A stretch of 64,000 bases of DNA from Tubulanus polymorphus (taxonomy: Eukaryota; Animalia; Nemertea), in NCBI RefSeq assembly GCF_964204645.1, contig NC_134030.1, positions 15,190,110 to 15,254,109 on the forward strand, given 5' to 3'. Each line of letters starts with the position of its first letter. Positions within the stretch are counted from its first letter, which is position 1. The notes below the pieces were generated by a model that saw nothing but the letters and a program-made list of their open reading frames with translations, did not search any database and was not told the origin of the DNA. The position numbers were made by a program, and so were the translations under genes. This document shows positions 13,830-27,326 of this stretch, piece by piece.

Positions 13830-14370
13830 CCTACGTTGGGTTCAAATCGGAATTTTAAGATTTATTTCATTTAATTCCAGGTTTTCACTGTAGATTATAA
13901 AAGACATGTGGCGTTGTGGGAGTTCATAGTTGTTTGATAATCCATCATTTGTAAGTGAAAGGCTATTTGAGGGATTTGAAACCGACATTTTGTAAATTTT
14001 GTAGCTTTATTACGTTTAATTCCAGATGTTTATCATGACACGTTTCATTTTGGGGGTTTGTCAGCGAGTTGGTATGCTGTCGGCAGAAGTAGTTTGATAA
14101 TTCGTTTCATGTAAGTAAACAGCTGTTTGAAGGATTCGAAACCGAAATCTGTATTGTGAATTTTTTAGTTGTATTTTGTTTGATTCTAGGTGAATAGGAC
14201 ATGATTCATTTTGGGAGTTTGTCCGCGAGTTTGTATACTGTCAAATGAAGTTTCTTCGTCAATTTGTCGTATGAAAGTATCAATCTATAGGTTATAAAGG
14301 CCCTATTAGGGGTTCGATACAGAAATTTGGTGAATTGCTCAGATTAATTTTAATTCATTCCAGGTTGTTA
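13830..14370 (+). repeat. Degenerate ~145-170-bp tandem repeat (about 4 units)
   Basis: Recurrent ttt(a/g)attc(c/t)ag, ttcattttggg.gtttgtc.gcgagtt and g(a/g)tt(c/t)ga(a/t)ac(c/a)ga motifs. Confidence 0.65.
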
Positions 14371-16411
14371 TCAGAAAAATATGTACTTTATTTCATAGGT
14401 TGGTCTTTGATTGAAAACTAGAAATGGATGATAGTTCTAAATTTGATGTTGATTCACATGACCAATCTAGTAAGTATGGCTCCCTCGTCTTTTAGAATAA
14501 GAGACCTATTGCTTTAATCCTTCAATTCAAGTTGCTATACAACCTTTTATACAGATATTTACCTTATCAATATAAACATGTATTTGCCATTAGCCATACA
14601 ATTCAGTAAAACTTTTCCCGTCCAGATTTTGAAATATCATTTGACTCAATTTTTCCTCCTAGAAAATTGCTTTAGCTCATTCTAATGTTCGCAGTAAAGT
14701 GAATTGTAGCATGTATGATTCCCATCCATCAATTTTGTCTTGTTGCGTATTTTTAGCGAAAATCTCGAAAAAGTCTGACGTCGAGGCAGTTGGTGGCCAG
14801 AAAAAGACATATTCTTGGGAAATATTTAAAGACGCATGGCAAACACACTTATTGTTCACTTTTTTCCTATCCTTATTTTGAAATTGAAGTATTGTAATAA
14901 ACTATTGATTTATTTTTGTTGATCAACGCAACTAGTTTTGTTGTTTTCTTTCTTAATTTACATTTGAATTGGATGGTCATGTTGCGTAGGAGTCAGTTTG
15001 TCATCGAAGCAATACAGTCTAACTTGTTGACGTCTCAGATGCAGCGGGGCAGGGCGGTCATTATATTGTGGACTTATCCAAATTACACTTACACAGCCCA
15101 ACGTGTTTCAGTGTGTAAACTCCGTCGTACTCGGCATTATAAGACAGTGAGGAATTGAGTTTTAGTCACCTGAGCCCTCGGCTTGATTCGACCAAAAAGA
15201 CGTTAACTGACTTCACAGAATTTGATTATGAGTCAAGGATTTTCTAAATTTCTGAATGCTTTCTCTGGTTTTAAGATCAATTCAAATTCAATCTTCAAAA
15301 TATTTTATTGAAAGAAATTCTACTGAAGACAGATTTTGAAATGAAGTATATATCCAAGCAAATAATTATAGCAAAATCAACTGATGATCATCAAGGTGAA
15401 GTTTTCATTCATCTTCGGCTAATTTGTCTACCCCTGATGATCGAAGCATTTTGGTTACTCGCGCCAATTAGTCAGCCACAGTCGATTTTCATGCCATCAG
15501 ACCTCTTTCCATCTGTAATTAAGCAATCAAATGTAAGAATTACTTAGGTAAGGAGCGAAATAATATATAGATATCTTAGGATACTATTTGAAATCATGAG
15601 TTTGTTGTGAAAATGTATTACTACAGTCTCGTAGAGCATAGACACCAAGCCACGTGGCATTGGAATTTTAAGGGCTATTCAGTTTACTCCAAAACAAGTC
15701 AATGATTAACATTAAAAAAGCTTCATATCACGGGTATGTCACAGGACTCGTGACGCCCATGCATTATCATCCAATAATTACAATGAATCCAATTCTGCAT
15801 GTACATTAGCACGACTGATTAGTAATCCAAATATTGCATTACAAAAAAACAATTACGCAAAACGTCAAGTACTTACAGCATCTGAGACAGTTGCGCTTCA
15901 GTTAGAGTGTTAAATTACGTCTTTGGCTGTCAATGTCGAAAAAGCCTAATTTGAAACATACATTTGCGCACTGTGGTTTAATATTCCTGCAAGAATCCGC
16001 AAAGGAATTGAAGACCGTAGTGACCAGTTCATTCCACGAATAATAGCTGGAAAGAAAGTAATCAAAATAAATTGTCATGCACATTCAGTGTAAACCAGGC
16101 CATAAATAGCTGTTATTAAGGCATTCCACTGACTGGCTCTACCCATTATATTTAGGGGCTAAATCTATTCTAGGCGCATCCCCCAAAAAAGCTAGGCATT
16201 AAGCAAGTAGCCAACAATGATCATTGCTTCACCGAGTAGGCCTACTCATTTGCTACCACACTCATATTATTAAAGGAATCATTTAATACATTCCCTGGTT
16301 AACGGATTCTCACCTTAAAATACATAAACTCCGCTGTCGTTGTCATCGATCGGAGTCCTCAACTGAACGCGGAAGTAAAATTCCGTGTGAAAATTCCTAC
16401 AATTTCTGTCC

Positions 16412-17424
16412 ATATGAAAGGCTGAATCCAAGAACATGTCTATCGCACTTCTGAGCCCCAAACGTCTACTTTTACTTAGTAGCCACTTGAGAACAATAAG
16501 CAATTAACGATATCAGCTACTTTTCCAGTAGTATACATTTCAAAACAGTCACTCTGAAATAGTATTCCTTTCAATTCGGTTGGTTTTCTATAGTGGCTGT
16601 TTCGAAGAGTCTACGATTGAAAAGTGACCATTTTGAAAAATCTGGTTTCGATAGTGCACACTAGATTTTATTTGTATATTCCTCTCTCATATACCCTTAA
16701 AAACAAATTAAGCCTAGAAGACAAATTTATTTTTTGTCATTCTTTTCTACAAAATCAAAGATTTATGAACGCACCAGAATGTTTTATAATCGCAAATCTT
16801 AAAATTCTAAAAATTCTAGGACTGGCACTATATTTTCGTATTAATGGATTTAATCCATGATGATATAATTTAGGGGATTCTCAGCAACTCAAAAACTTTG
16901 ATTTTCTATTCGCAGAACTGTATTCAAAGCATACAGAGTTCTGTATACAAAGCAGAAAGGGTTTAACAGTACCTTTGAACCTGTCACGTATCACTGCAAA
17001 TCTTTAACAGATGCTGCTATTTTGAACAGGAAATTACAATGCCATCTCAAAATGGTCACTTTTCAATAGTTGACTTTTAGAAACGATGTGTTTTGAGAGT
17101 AGCTGTTATAGTAAGAGTTACTATCACAAAGTCACTGTTGACAGACGGGTGGTTTTACAGTCACCTCTACTGCTAGTGTGCACTATCGAAACCAGATGTT
17201 TTAAAATGGTCACTTTTCAATAGTAGACTCTTCGAAACAGCCACTATAGAAAACCAACCGAATTGAAAGGAATACTACTACAGAGCGACCGCTTTGAAAT
17301 GTATACTACTGGAAAAGTAGCTGATATCGTTAATTGCTTATTGTTCTCAAGTAACTACTAAGTAAAAGTAGACGTTTGGGCTCAAAAGTGCGATAGACAT
17401 GTTCTTGGATTCAGCCTTTCATAT
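16412..17424. mobile_element. MITE/foldback element with ~255-bp TIRs
   Basis: 16412-16665 is the reverse complement of 17173-17424 (atatgaaaggctgaatccaag...cttggattcagcctttcatat). Confidence 0.85.
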
Positions 17425-17659
17425 CACGTTGATTTGAGCCCGAAATCTTCAGGAAATGTAGCCAACGTAAATTGATTTACGAATAGAATTAATCAATTGA
17501 CTCATGTTAGAAATCATGGTTTCGTGAAATTCATTAAAGTCCTAAAACTCGCGATTAATTTAAGCCGAAAATGATTTCAACCATCCACCATGTTGTTTCA
17601 TTAATAAAACAATTGTTGCGCGCCGGCGCTGTACTGTGATATGTGTCCTGCCTGAATGC

Positions 17660-17732
17660 ATGGTTTCACTAGGATTCGAACCCTCAACCTCTCAGTTGTG
17701 AGTCAAACACCTTATCCACCCTGCCACAGGAC
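17660..17732 (-). mobile_element. tRNA-derived SINE head or tRNA pseudogene
   Basis: Minus strand reads TGGCAGGGTGG (A box) ... GGTTCGAATCC (B box) at tRNA-like spacing; the cloverleaf stems are poor. Confidence 0.65.
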
Positions 17733-17779
17733 AGAACGCCTCTTTTACCGTTAGTGGGAGTACGCGACATGGCGAGTGG

Positions 17780-18010
17780 CCATTGCTACTTTCATCCGGT
17801 GTTATCTTACAGTAAGTAATTTTAAGTTTAAAATAGGATGGAGAGTGCATAGATAGAATCAACGCGGAGAGAATGAGTGTTATATTACTATCAGAATTGT
17901 ACATTTCGATTAGAAGCTGTTAGTTGTCGAATCTGATAGAAGATGAATTTTATGTGCGGAAAAAAAGTGGAAAATATGTAAATAATAATAATAATCAACA
18001 GAATTACAAG
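17780..18010. mobile_element. HINE-like repeat fragment abutting the truncated BEL pol
   Basis: Homologous to 22620-22830; ends in (aat)n-caacagaattacaa as at ~24810-24848. Confidence 0.55.
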
Positions 18011-21000
18011 AGTTAATTATTGTTAATTCGTCTGTGTTTCTAATCTTTGACTTCAGACAATTGATATAACGAAAAACATACGCAGTCGTGCGTAATAATA
18101 TGTGAAGTGAAGAAAAATGAGAAATATCAATAATAGGCTTGAGGTAGACGAATGTATCTCTGCTCAACAAAGATAACTCCATATCATCAGAAACGGTTTC
18201 CTTTACTCCAGGATTTGAGGGCCATTTATCAATAATGGTAAGCCAGCTGGGCCCTTTTAACCATAGTTGGCTTTCATTCAAAGATTGACCGTTGAAGCCC
18301 CTACTGAGAATGTCAGCCGGGTTATCTTGAGATGGAACGTATTTCCATGGATTTGTACCGACCAATTCTTTGATGACTTTGACTCAGTTTTTTATGAATA
18401 GAGTTAGATTTTTGGATGAAAGGATCCACCCTAAAGTAACCAGACTATCCGTCCAAAGATGAACATGTGGATTGATCTCAGAGTTTAAACTCTCAATGAT
18501 GTGTTTCGCTAGCTTCGAAGCAACAACAGCTGCACACAATTCTAGTCTCGGAATAGAGACTGTCTTTACCGGTGTTACTCGACTTTTGGCGATGATCAAA
18601 TTTGAAATCGAGCATTTATTGCAACAAAGATAGGCACATGCCCCAAACGCTTTTGCTGATGCGTCGGCAAAGACATGTAAATTCAATACATCAGTACGAG
18701 AAATTGGATCCGGGCATCTGGGAATAGAAAAGGTAGAACTTATAGTATGTAAGCACATGGATAGTTTCGACCATTCAGCAACAATTGAATCATTCAGTGG
18801 CTCGTCCCATTCTACGCCCATTGACCAGAGTTTTTGCATGAATATTTTCGCGCGAATAGTTACAGGGGTAAGCAGACCAAGTGGATCATATATCTTGCTG
18901 GCTGCACTCAAGATTTCACGTTTGGTTAGGAGCTCATCAGGTGCAGTCAAAGAGGGCTTCGATATAAAACTGAGTTTATCGGAATGAACGTTCCACTTTA
19001 AACCTAGAAATTTGACAGTTGTAGAATTGTCAGAGACCCCATCGGAAACAGCAAGTTCATGTGTAGATTCGCAATTAGAAGCCCAAGATCTAAGATTGAA
19101 TTTTGCATCATTCATTAAGTCGCGACTTTCACGATAATAGTTGTCCAATTCATCGGATGACGGAACAGATACACCGAAATTATCAACATAAACATTAGAA
19201 AGCATGGATCTGGAAACGGTAGAATCGTATTGCAGTAGATGTTTGATAATCGTTGCATTTAGTATAAACGGAGAGTAAGTTGCACCAAACAAAACAACAC
19301 AGAACCGATACTCAACGAATGGACTTTCAGGATCGCTTGGACCAGACAACCACAGAAATCTAGTGAAGTCCTTGTCGTTACCTAAAGAAATCTGTAAGAA
19401 AGCCTTTTCTAAATCACAAATGGCGGCATACTCGAATAACCTGAAGTGTAAAAGAATGAATGAAATGTCATTCTGTAAGGCAGGGCCGGGCTCAAGACAG
19501 TCGTTCAAACTAGGAGAGTCAGAATTTTCATGACAACTGCAGTCATACACGATGCGAATCGGCGTTGTAGGCGAGTCTTTTAACACGGGGTGATGAGGAA
19601 TATAGTGGCATTTTCCCTCATAACGAACTGTTTCGTGAAGAGGAATTCGTTCGATGATCTTGAGGGATTCTTGTTCGTGGATAATTTTGGAATATAAACG
19701 TAACATGTCTGGATCTTTGCCTAAACGTCGAGCTGTTTTGTGAGTGCGAGTCATGCATATATCATAATTGGAAGGCAGTGATTCGTGCTCAATTTTCCAA
19801 GGAAATGGAGCTATGTATCGACCATTGTTTTGTTGAATAATGGTCTCGGAGTAACGTTGCATGAAATCAGTTTCATTTTCCGGGATTGCTATTCTATCAT
19901 CTATCCCTAAACATTCTATTTTCCAAAACTCATTCAGGTTTTGCTCGGAATGATTCTCTACTAAGCTAATCAGGGAAATTGATTGAGAACTAGGATTTGG
20001 ATATTCTACTGGACCAGATAAGACATAACCTAGTTTTGTTTTTACGGCAGTAAGGGAATTAGAATTCACATCTTCAATACAATGACCGTCAACTATTTTG
20101 TAGTAATTATCTGCACCTATCAAAATTTGGATTGTGAAGGTACCATCTCCTGGGGGATGTGCTAATTCGAGATCACGAAGGTGAAAGTAATCATATACTT
20201 GTGTTATAGAACTAACGTCAATTGGAGTCGATATCGTAGGAAATACTAATATTTCTAATTGTACCAAGCAGCCATCTTTACAAACAATGTGAAGATTTAC
20301 TACACTAAGAATTTGATGACCAGAGTTCGTTGAACCAAAACCAGAAATGTTAAGTTCTTCTTGCCTCAATGGAAGATTGAGTTGTTGCGACAAGTCATGC
20401 GAAATGAAAGATCTCTGAGAACCGTCATCGAAAATTATGTTAGCGAGTGGACGGAGTTGAGGATATTCAGGGTTGAGTACGGGCGCTATTGCTGTCTTTA
20501 AAAGTATTGTACTATGACCTTTTGTGAAGTACGTAGACACTGATTTTCGCTCAGTGTCAATGGATAAGGATACGTCTGCAGTTGGTTGGTGAGGCGATTG
20601 ATCTCTGTCAACGTTCGAATGAGCATTTGAAGTATTAGTAGCCAACAACTGTCGAGAAGCCTGAAATTGATGAGAAGATACAATTGGATTATCAAGTACT
20701 TGATTATTTCTTGATTTAGCTTGAAATATTAATGCACAAATGCTAGTGTGGTGTCTTCTTTTACACAATCTACAATTATATCGAGATTTACAAGCTATAA
20801 TGAGATGCGGACCTAAACAGTTGAAACATAATTTATTTGATTTTATATGAGCAACCCTATCATCCACAGATTTCAAATTCGAACAGTTTTCTGAGTACTG
20901 GTCTTCAGCCTTACAATATGCACAGATTTCGATTTAACAGTAAAATTTTGATTCCTAGGATTTCGGAGTACGTTTACAGGTTGTTTCTGTTGAGTGAACA

Positions 21001-22173
21001 ATGTAGAAACTGATGGTTCTCGATTCCCTGCTCCAGCTTCTCAAATATCTAATTCATTGAACAGAAATTGTCGTATTTCATTCAGGGAAAATCTTCTATT
21101 GCCATGAAAGCGAATAATATTACTTCTGCATTCTGGTGGCAGTTTATTCCAGATTAAAGAAACTAACATATCTCAGTATGACATATCGCCAAGGTTTTCT
21201 AACGCTCGTACGTGACACTCAAAGTTATCCGTGAATTTCCTCATCGAGAAAGAGTTATACGAAGGAATTGGTTCGGACATTAATGCTTGCATATGGCTGT
21301 CGATGATTTTATGTTCCTGGCCAAAACTTCGAGTCAAAATATCAATCGCATTTATGTAATTTGCGTCAGTTAGTTTCAACCCTTGAATGCAATCCAGAGC
21401 TGGACCGGACAATAATGGTTTCAAATGCTGAAATTTCTGAACATTCGGAATCGAATGTATTGAATGAATGCCTGCATTGAAAGAGTCCCAGAATGGTTAC
21501 CATTTTATAACATTCCCGTTGAATGTGGTAAGTTCTAATTTCGGGAGATTAACTTTAATTCGGGTGTTTGAACTGTTAATATCTGACGGACAGTTTGGAG
21601 ACGTACGTGCATTAGCATATTGGTCGTAAAACAACTTACGGTCTTTCTGGAGATTACATCCTCCGCCTCTTCCGACACTTTCATGTACATTTCATCGTTG
21701 TCGATCATCTCCAACATGGATTCGTTAATCATTTCGAGTTCTCGGATTTTGTCTTGTAGCTGTCATGAACTACGTTGAAGTTTTTAGATGTCTGGTGGCT
21801 GGCAGGTTTGGCTGTTCGTGATCTCGTCGGCTACGTTGATGATCTTAGTAGATTGAGCTCTCTGTGCAGTTCTTTTTCTTACCAACGCCTGATAGTTGCT
21901 AGATTTCAAGATTTCTGCCATTCTGAACGGTTCGAGGGACCAAAATGTGCTGTTTTCCCTTAGGTTAGGTCCTCGACAAGACTATAGACACGAACTCTGG
22001 TATAGACTTGATATATAATATAGATTTTATTTTGCAGTTTGGGTACTTATAGTACGTACAGTCATGCTCATTGAACTATGTTACAGAAAATCAGTCAACT
22101 ACGCAAAGCAGTTACAACTGTGTATAATACATGAACATATAATACATAAATCATAATACATAAATCCTCAACA
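18010..22173 (-). mobile_element. BEL/Pao LTR retrotransposon, 3'-truncated before the integrase
   Basis: 5' LTR ~22173-21946 (TG...CA, AATAAA); PBS TGGTCCCTCGAACCG at 21942-21928; broken gag (DUF1759-like) ~21000-21750; then pol. Confidence 0.92.
18384..20876 (-). pseudogene. BEL/Pao gag-pol segment: zinc knuckles, aspartic protease, RT, RNase H
   Basis: CFNCLGPH..C and C..C..HH..C knuckles; FDDGSQRS protease motif; DLEKAF and YVDN RT motifs; LHVFADASAKAFG RNase H motif. Continues out of frame as YVPSQDNPAD at 18020-18365. Confidence 0.92.
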
Positions 22174-22619
22174 CATGTACAAGGGACCTCCAATTTGTAA
22201 CATATGTGATGTATAAACTGACTTTAGACCGTTTAATATCGACGATAACAAGGTATCACCGACGCTGACATTTTCTGACGCTAACTAATATGACCCGCCT
22301 TTTGGACCGGACCAATTCAATTCAATTGAGAAAACGCGTACCGGTACAATAAATAAATCGCTGTTGATTTTTCGAAGTATTGATATCCACGAACAAAACT
22401 ATACTATTATAGAATGTTTAAAAGGAACTGCTTTTAATAACAGTATGAATAAACTTACTTCACAAACAAGGAAGTACATTTTTAACTTGTGAATGGTCGA
22501 ACCCAGTTATTCACAGTAACCAGTGATTTGGATATTCTCGGAGCCTTCCTTCTTTATTTATTTATGAAATGACGTCACAAATTTTCAGATTCGCGCCAGT
22601 GTGCGCGCCATGATTGATG

Positions 22620-22915
22620 ATTGCTATTTCCACCGGTGTTATCTTCAAGTTTAAAATATGAAGCACAGTACATCCATAGAAACTACACGCAGCAAGAGAC
22701 TGTTATATTATTATCAGAGTTTACCATTTCGTTTAAAAGTTGTTAGTAGTCAAATCTAATAGAAGATTATTTTTATGTGACGAAACTTAGTGGAAAATAT
22801 GTTAAAATAATAATCAGCAGGAATCCAATAGGGTTTCTGCCGAGGCAAAGAAACCCTAATAATAATCACGCGAATCTCAATAGGGTTTTCTGTGAAGAAA
22901 CAGAATATTCTTATA
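22620..22915. mobile_element. HINE-like element end with tandem terminal hairpins
   Basis: tagggtttctgc...agaaacccta followed by cacgcgaatctcaatagggttttctgtgaag; the same ends occur at 24800-24935 and 25730-25790. Confidence 0.55.
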
Positions 22916-23789
22916 ATCATGGAAGGATGTGAAGGATGAATATACGTAAAAGGGCATGTGTTCTTCCGAAACGAAATGAAGTTCAAGCAACAAATAAATA
23001 ACTAAATTGATGAATAAGCAACTGATTCCGATGAAAATCAATAGGGTTAAAGCTTTTACTACTGCATTGAATGTTTTAAAAGTTCCGCAGAGAAACTAAG
23101 CCTTGTTTGGAAGGTATTTTGCACCAAAGGAAGAAAGTTTCATATGCGATAAAAAAATTGACTTCGCTAAAGCAAAAGTCCATAAGAACAAAAATTCTGA
23201 TTTCATGAGGTTACATGATTTTAACAACATGACTTTATGACTATGAGATATCTAAATCTGGCCTCAGAATTTATAAAATAGAGTATACTTGAATGGCAGG
23301 TCCCTCTGTAACCTGCTTTGTGTTGTTCAGGGATGAGAATGCCGACCTTTAAAATCTGTGGTATTGTTTCTTTAGTTACACACGCAAACCAGCTGACAGT
23401 AAAGCCGTCAGCAGATGCGTTTCCTCATTTTTTGTCTCCTTGATCAGGGACAATTGCTGGTTACTTCACTGAAGTTTGATTGTCCATCGGTTCTTCCTCT
23501 TACTCATAGCCTAATGAAATATGAGACGAATGAAATATGAGTCCCACAATCACAAGTTTAAAACAGATTTTAAAAACATCAAAACTAAAAAGAATTTATC
23601 AAAACCTCAAATTTTCGGTTTTATCCTAAAATCCATTCTCAAGAGTGACTAAAATTATGACATTTCACAGTATATATACCAGTAAGAACGACACACACTA
23701 TTGCACATGAAAACTAGGTAATATTAACCAGAGAGGAAATGTATAGGGACAAAAGTTTATTATTGGGGGAGAAACCAAGGTTACCATTG

Positions 23790-24030
23790 ACACAGGAATT
23801 TTAATGGGCCGACTCAACTATGTGACGTCGGGTTATACTGTGAGACGGAAAAATTATACGAGAATTATTAAAATCAAATTGATGACCATTGGTATCCCAA
23901 ACATGGGTAGCCACAGCACTTTGGGGTTTTCAATTAATAATATCTTTCTTATGCTCTTTAATACGAATGATGAGGAAGCGACCAGTTTCACCTATATAAA
24001 ATTTATCACAATCTAAGCAACGGTTAAGAT
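23790..24030 (-). pseudogene. Penelope-like element GIY-YIG endonuclease fragment
   Basis: RCLDCDKFYIGETGRFLIIRIKEHKK, then frameshifted SAVATHVWDTNGHQFDFNN; both are typical of the Penelope C-terminus. Confidence 0.85.
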
Positions 24031-24794
24031 AGGAGCAAAAATCGCATTCAAAAAATTTGGGGGCCCATTTACAAGCCCCTAGAGCCCAAACGGTTAATCG
24101 CAGATGGGGCGTGCCATTGACTTTTTTAAGCTCCGGGCTGTCATGAACAACTTTCATGCTCGCCTTAAGCTGAAAACTCAAAAAAAATTTTCTCACGCAG
24201 CACTTTTTGGATGTCAGAATTTTCAAAAGTAAAACCCACCCCTGGTAGGGATCGGGGTCCCCAATTAAAGAGCCGTTAGACCTACCTCAAGGTACCTGTG
24301 TTCTGACGTAAGTTTCAAGTAAATCCGTTGAGCAATATTCTTGTTACTAGCCAAATTCGAAGTATAAAAGCCTATATATGATACTATAAGGCACAAACAA
24401 GGCCATAAAAATTCCTCAGTTGCGTTCACTCCAGAATGTCCTATTTTATTCATAGCAAAACAATTGACTCGTTGCATGAAAAAAATACTGTTTATACTAC
24501 AGATCTAGAACAGGGATCTATCATTGCATATACGGATACGCACACAAACACACGTACTGCCGCGATGTGCGAATAAGACACATACACAATACATATACAT
24601 GGATACTGTTTGAATCGGGCTTAAATTTCGATGTTTAGAGGCTCACAGTGAGTAAACAGTGGAATTCTGATTAATATTATGTACAGTATTTGTCAATTCA
24701 GCGTAGTACTTGTGATACAGAATGGTTTCACCGACAGTGAAAGTAAGTTGCTGCTGTTTATATCCTTTCAGTACGACCCAGTGTGAAAAAGAAT

Positions 24795-24799
<5 letters not shown>

Positions 24800-24826
<27 letters not shown>

Positions 24827-24935
24827 AATAATCAACAGAATTACAATAGGGTTTCTGCGAAAGCAGCAGAAACCCTAATAAGAAACACGCGAATCTCAAT
24901 AGGGTTTTCTGTGAAGTAACAGAAAACCCTAATTA
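24800..24935. repeat. (AAT)n microsatellite plus two hairpins (HINE-like terminus)
   Basis: (aat)~10, then tagggtttctgc-gaaagca-gcagaaacccta, then tagggttttctgt-gaagta-acagaaaacccta. Confidence 0.75.
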
Positions 24936-25106
24936 TTGATCACTCTACTGCCCCGGTGACTTCATTGAATGATCGTCGTTCCGTCAGGTCAAAGTGTTAA
25001 GTTATACATTTCACATCAACCAGTATCTACATGCAGCTGTTCGGTGTGTACACACTATATCTGAATACAAGGCTGGAATAACAGGCTCACTTCACGATAG
25101 TCGTAC

Positions 25107-25735
25107 AACTCGATAAACACTTCATGCGACACAGCGAACGATCTCCTTTCCCCACGGCGAACGCCTACTCCGAATATCAAGCGTGAGTCCAGCATACGGA
25201 TAAGAGTATGTTATATACTTGTATTTAGTAAATACCTTGTAGATTTGACAATGATCGGTATGAACTGTAGGTAATATAGAGTATTGATAAATGGTAGAAG
25301 CCCGCGGCCGAATGAAGTTATATTTTCTTTTATTTTGATACCTCGTTGACACAACAGCTTTTCTCCGCAACATCTCTTCGGCAAGTTTAGTTTAGGCCTA
25401 CAACTCACCGGTACTCTAATGATTTATCCTAGTAAATACATGGTAAATTTGGTAAAGAAAATTAGGTATTGCTAAACTGACTGTTTGTGACGAGCAACCT
25501 CCTGTGGATTTCGGGATGACGACTCAGAAAAACATGTCGCCTCATTGAATAGGACCCAATTTTCGATGTTTACGGCCCGACAGTCCTTTCGTTATGTTGA
25601 TTTATCAAAATACGCACGGAGTATTTGTAGATCGAAGTGAGCTGAAGGATATCATATGGATTGTATCGGCAACAGTGGCAAGGCAACAAAGCCTATGTTC
25701 TTTTAGTGAAAATAGTGTGACATAAAATATTAATA
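25107..25735. mobile_element. Family A repeat, copy 4 (internal deletion)
   Basis: Matches 11053-11420 and ~11740-11970. Confidence 0.75.
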
Positions 25736-26550
25736 ATAAGAAACACGCGAATCTCAATAGGGTTTTCTGTGAAGTAACAGACAACCCTAACGAGCCAATG
25801 TGAGCATTGGTATGCTGTCATGAGTGACTGCGTGTATAGCGTATGTTATATTGATCACACACAGCAGCAGCAATGCAGTGAAAAAATAGATAGACACACG
25901 TGTACGCCACTGCCATAACTCAGTGCTAATCAATACTCTGACCCGAATTATGAGCAGTAGAAGTAAACAAACCCGTACTCCCGTTTTTGAAAGTTCATAA
26001 ATGTATTCACATATGTGATGATATACTATAGCCGTATTTTCATAAAGGAAGATAAAACAACATGGAATTTTCAACACAGTACAAGATGCTCATTATCATC
26101 CCTCGAAAATTTAGTTCAAGTAAATCGGATGACAATTTTTAAATTTCATTCAAGTCCATAACTTTTGAAGAGGGAAAAATGGCACTATGGCCGGTTTTGA
26201 GCACCCTGATCCAGGACTTTCGCCTCCTACTCCGTCAAGACGATATACACGTGCTCATCGTCAAATGCGTATTTTAGTTAGGTAGGCCTATACGTGAAGT
26301 GTACACCGGCTAAACATTAAATGTTTAAAACAATAATACAAACTTACTGTATATTTGCCTGCTCTCTCACTACACCACGTACACTGCTGAACAGCAAGGA
26401 ACTATTGCGGCATGAATACACGCTGTGCGAGATTATCTAAAATCGGAACGAAAAATTTCTTCCGGAATGGTGTAGACCCAGGTAAAAATTTCCCTGTATT
26501 GATACCAATCTTTAATCAATCTACATCGTCTTCATTGCCTATTTATCTTA

Positions 26551-27326
26551 AGGCTGGCTTATGTCGACAAGCAACGCAAAGCCTACCGACGCAACTGGGT
26601 TTATCGCCGATAAGCGGCAACTAGCGGCCTACGAGAGGCTGCCAGTTGCTCCTCAATCGGTTTGACATAAGCCGGCTTGCGACGGCAACGCGACGCCTAC
26701 CGACTCGTCGCAAGCCGTATCCGGCTAGTTGCCCATGTTCTACTCCAGCCTACGGTAGGTGGGCAGTTGCTTTCGATCGCAGTCGACATAAGCTACTGAG
26801 CACAGGGGTTCCAGCCAATGAGAGACCGCATATACATAGTACAAATCATCACCGCTAGTTAGCGTCTTTTCGTAATTAGTCATAAACTTTCAAATTCAAG
26901 TAGTTCAAAACGTAAACCAAACCTTCAGCACGGCAGAGGAGTGGACCGAAGATCTAGAAACGAAATTGGTAGAATTATGGTGTGAGTGGTCATCTTTATA
27001 GATGTCGCGAGCACGTTGTATTCAAAACAGAATCAGAAAGATCAAAGTCTTAAAGAAAAAGCTTTTCTTATAGAAGTATATTTCCTAATAATTCAAATTT
27101 ATTCTCAAAATGCTTATCACGTTACCATTTGAGCCGTTGCAGTTGCCAGCAATCGCAACCGACATAAGCAGGGAAGCAACTGGGAGGATCTCATATCCCG
27201 CTAGTCGGCCTCAGTTGCTGCGAATCGGAGCGCAGTCGACATAAGCTGGGCTGCGATCGCGGTTGCTCTCAGTTGCGTCGGTAGGAGTCGGTAGGCGTCG
27301 TGTTGCTTGTCGACATAAGCCAGCCT
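26551..27326 (+). mobile_element. Non-autonomous PIF/Harbinger element
   Basis: TIR AGGCTGGCTTATGTCGACAAGCAAC; TTA TSD on both sides; internal MADF/Myb-SANT remnant EWTEDLETKLVELW...L.DV at ~26939-27060. Confidence 0.85.
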
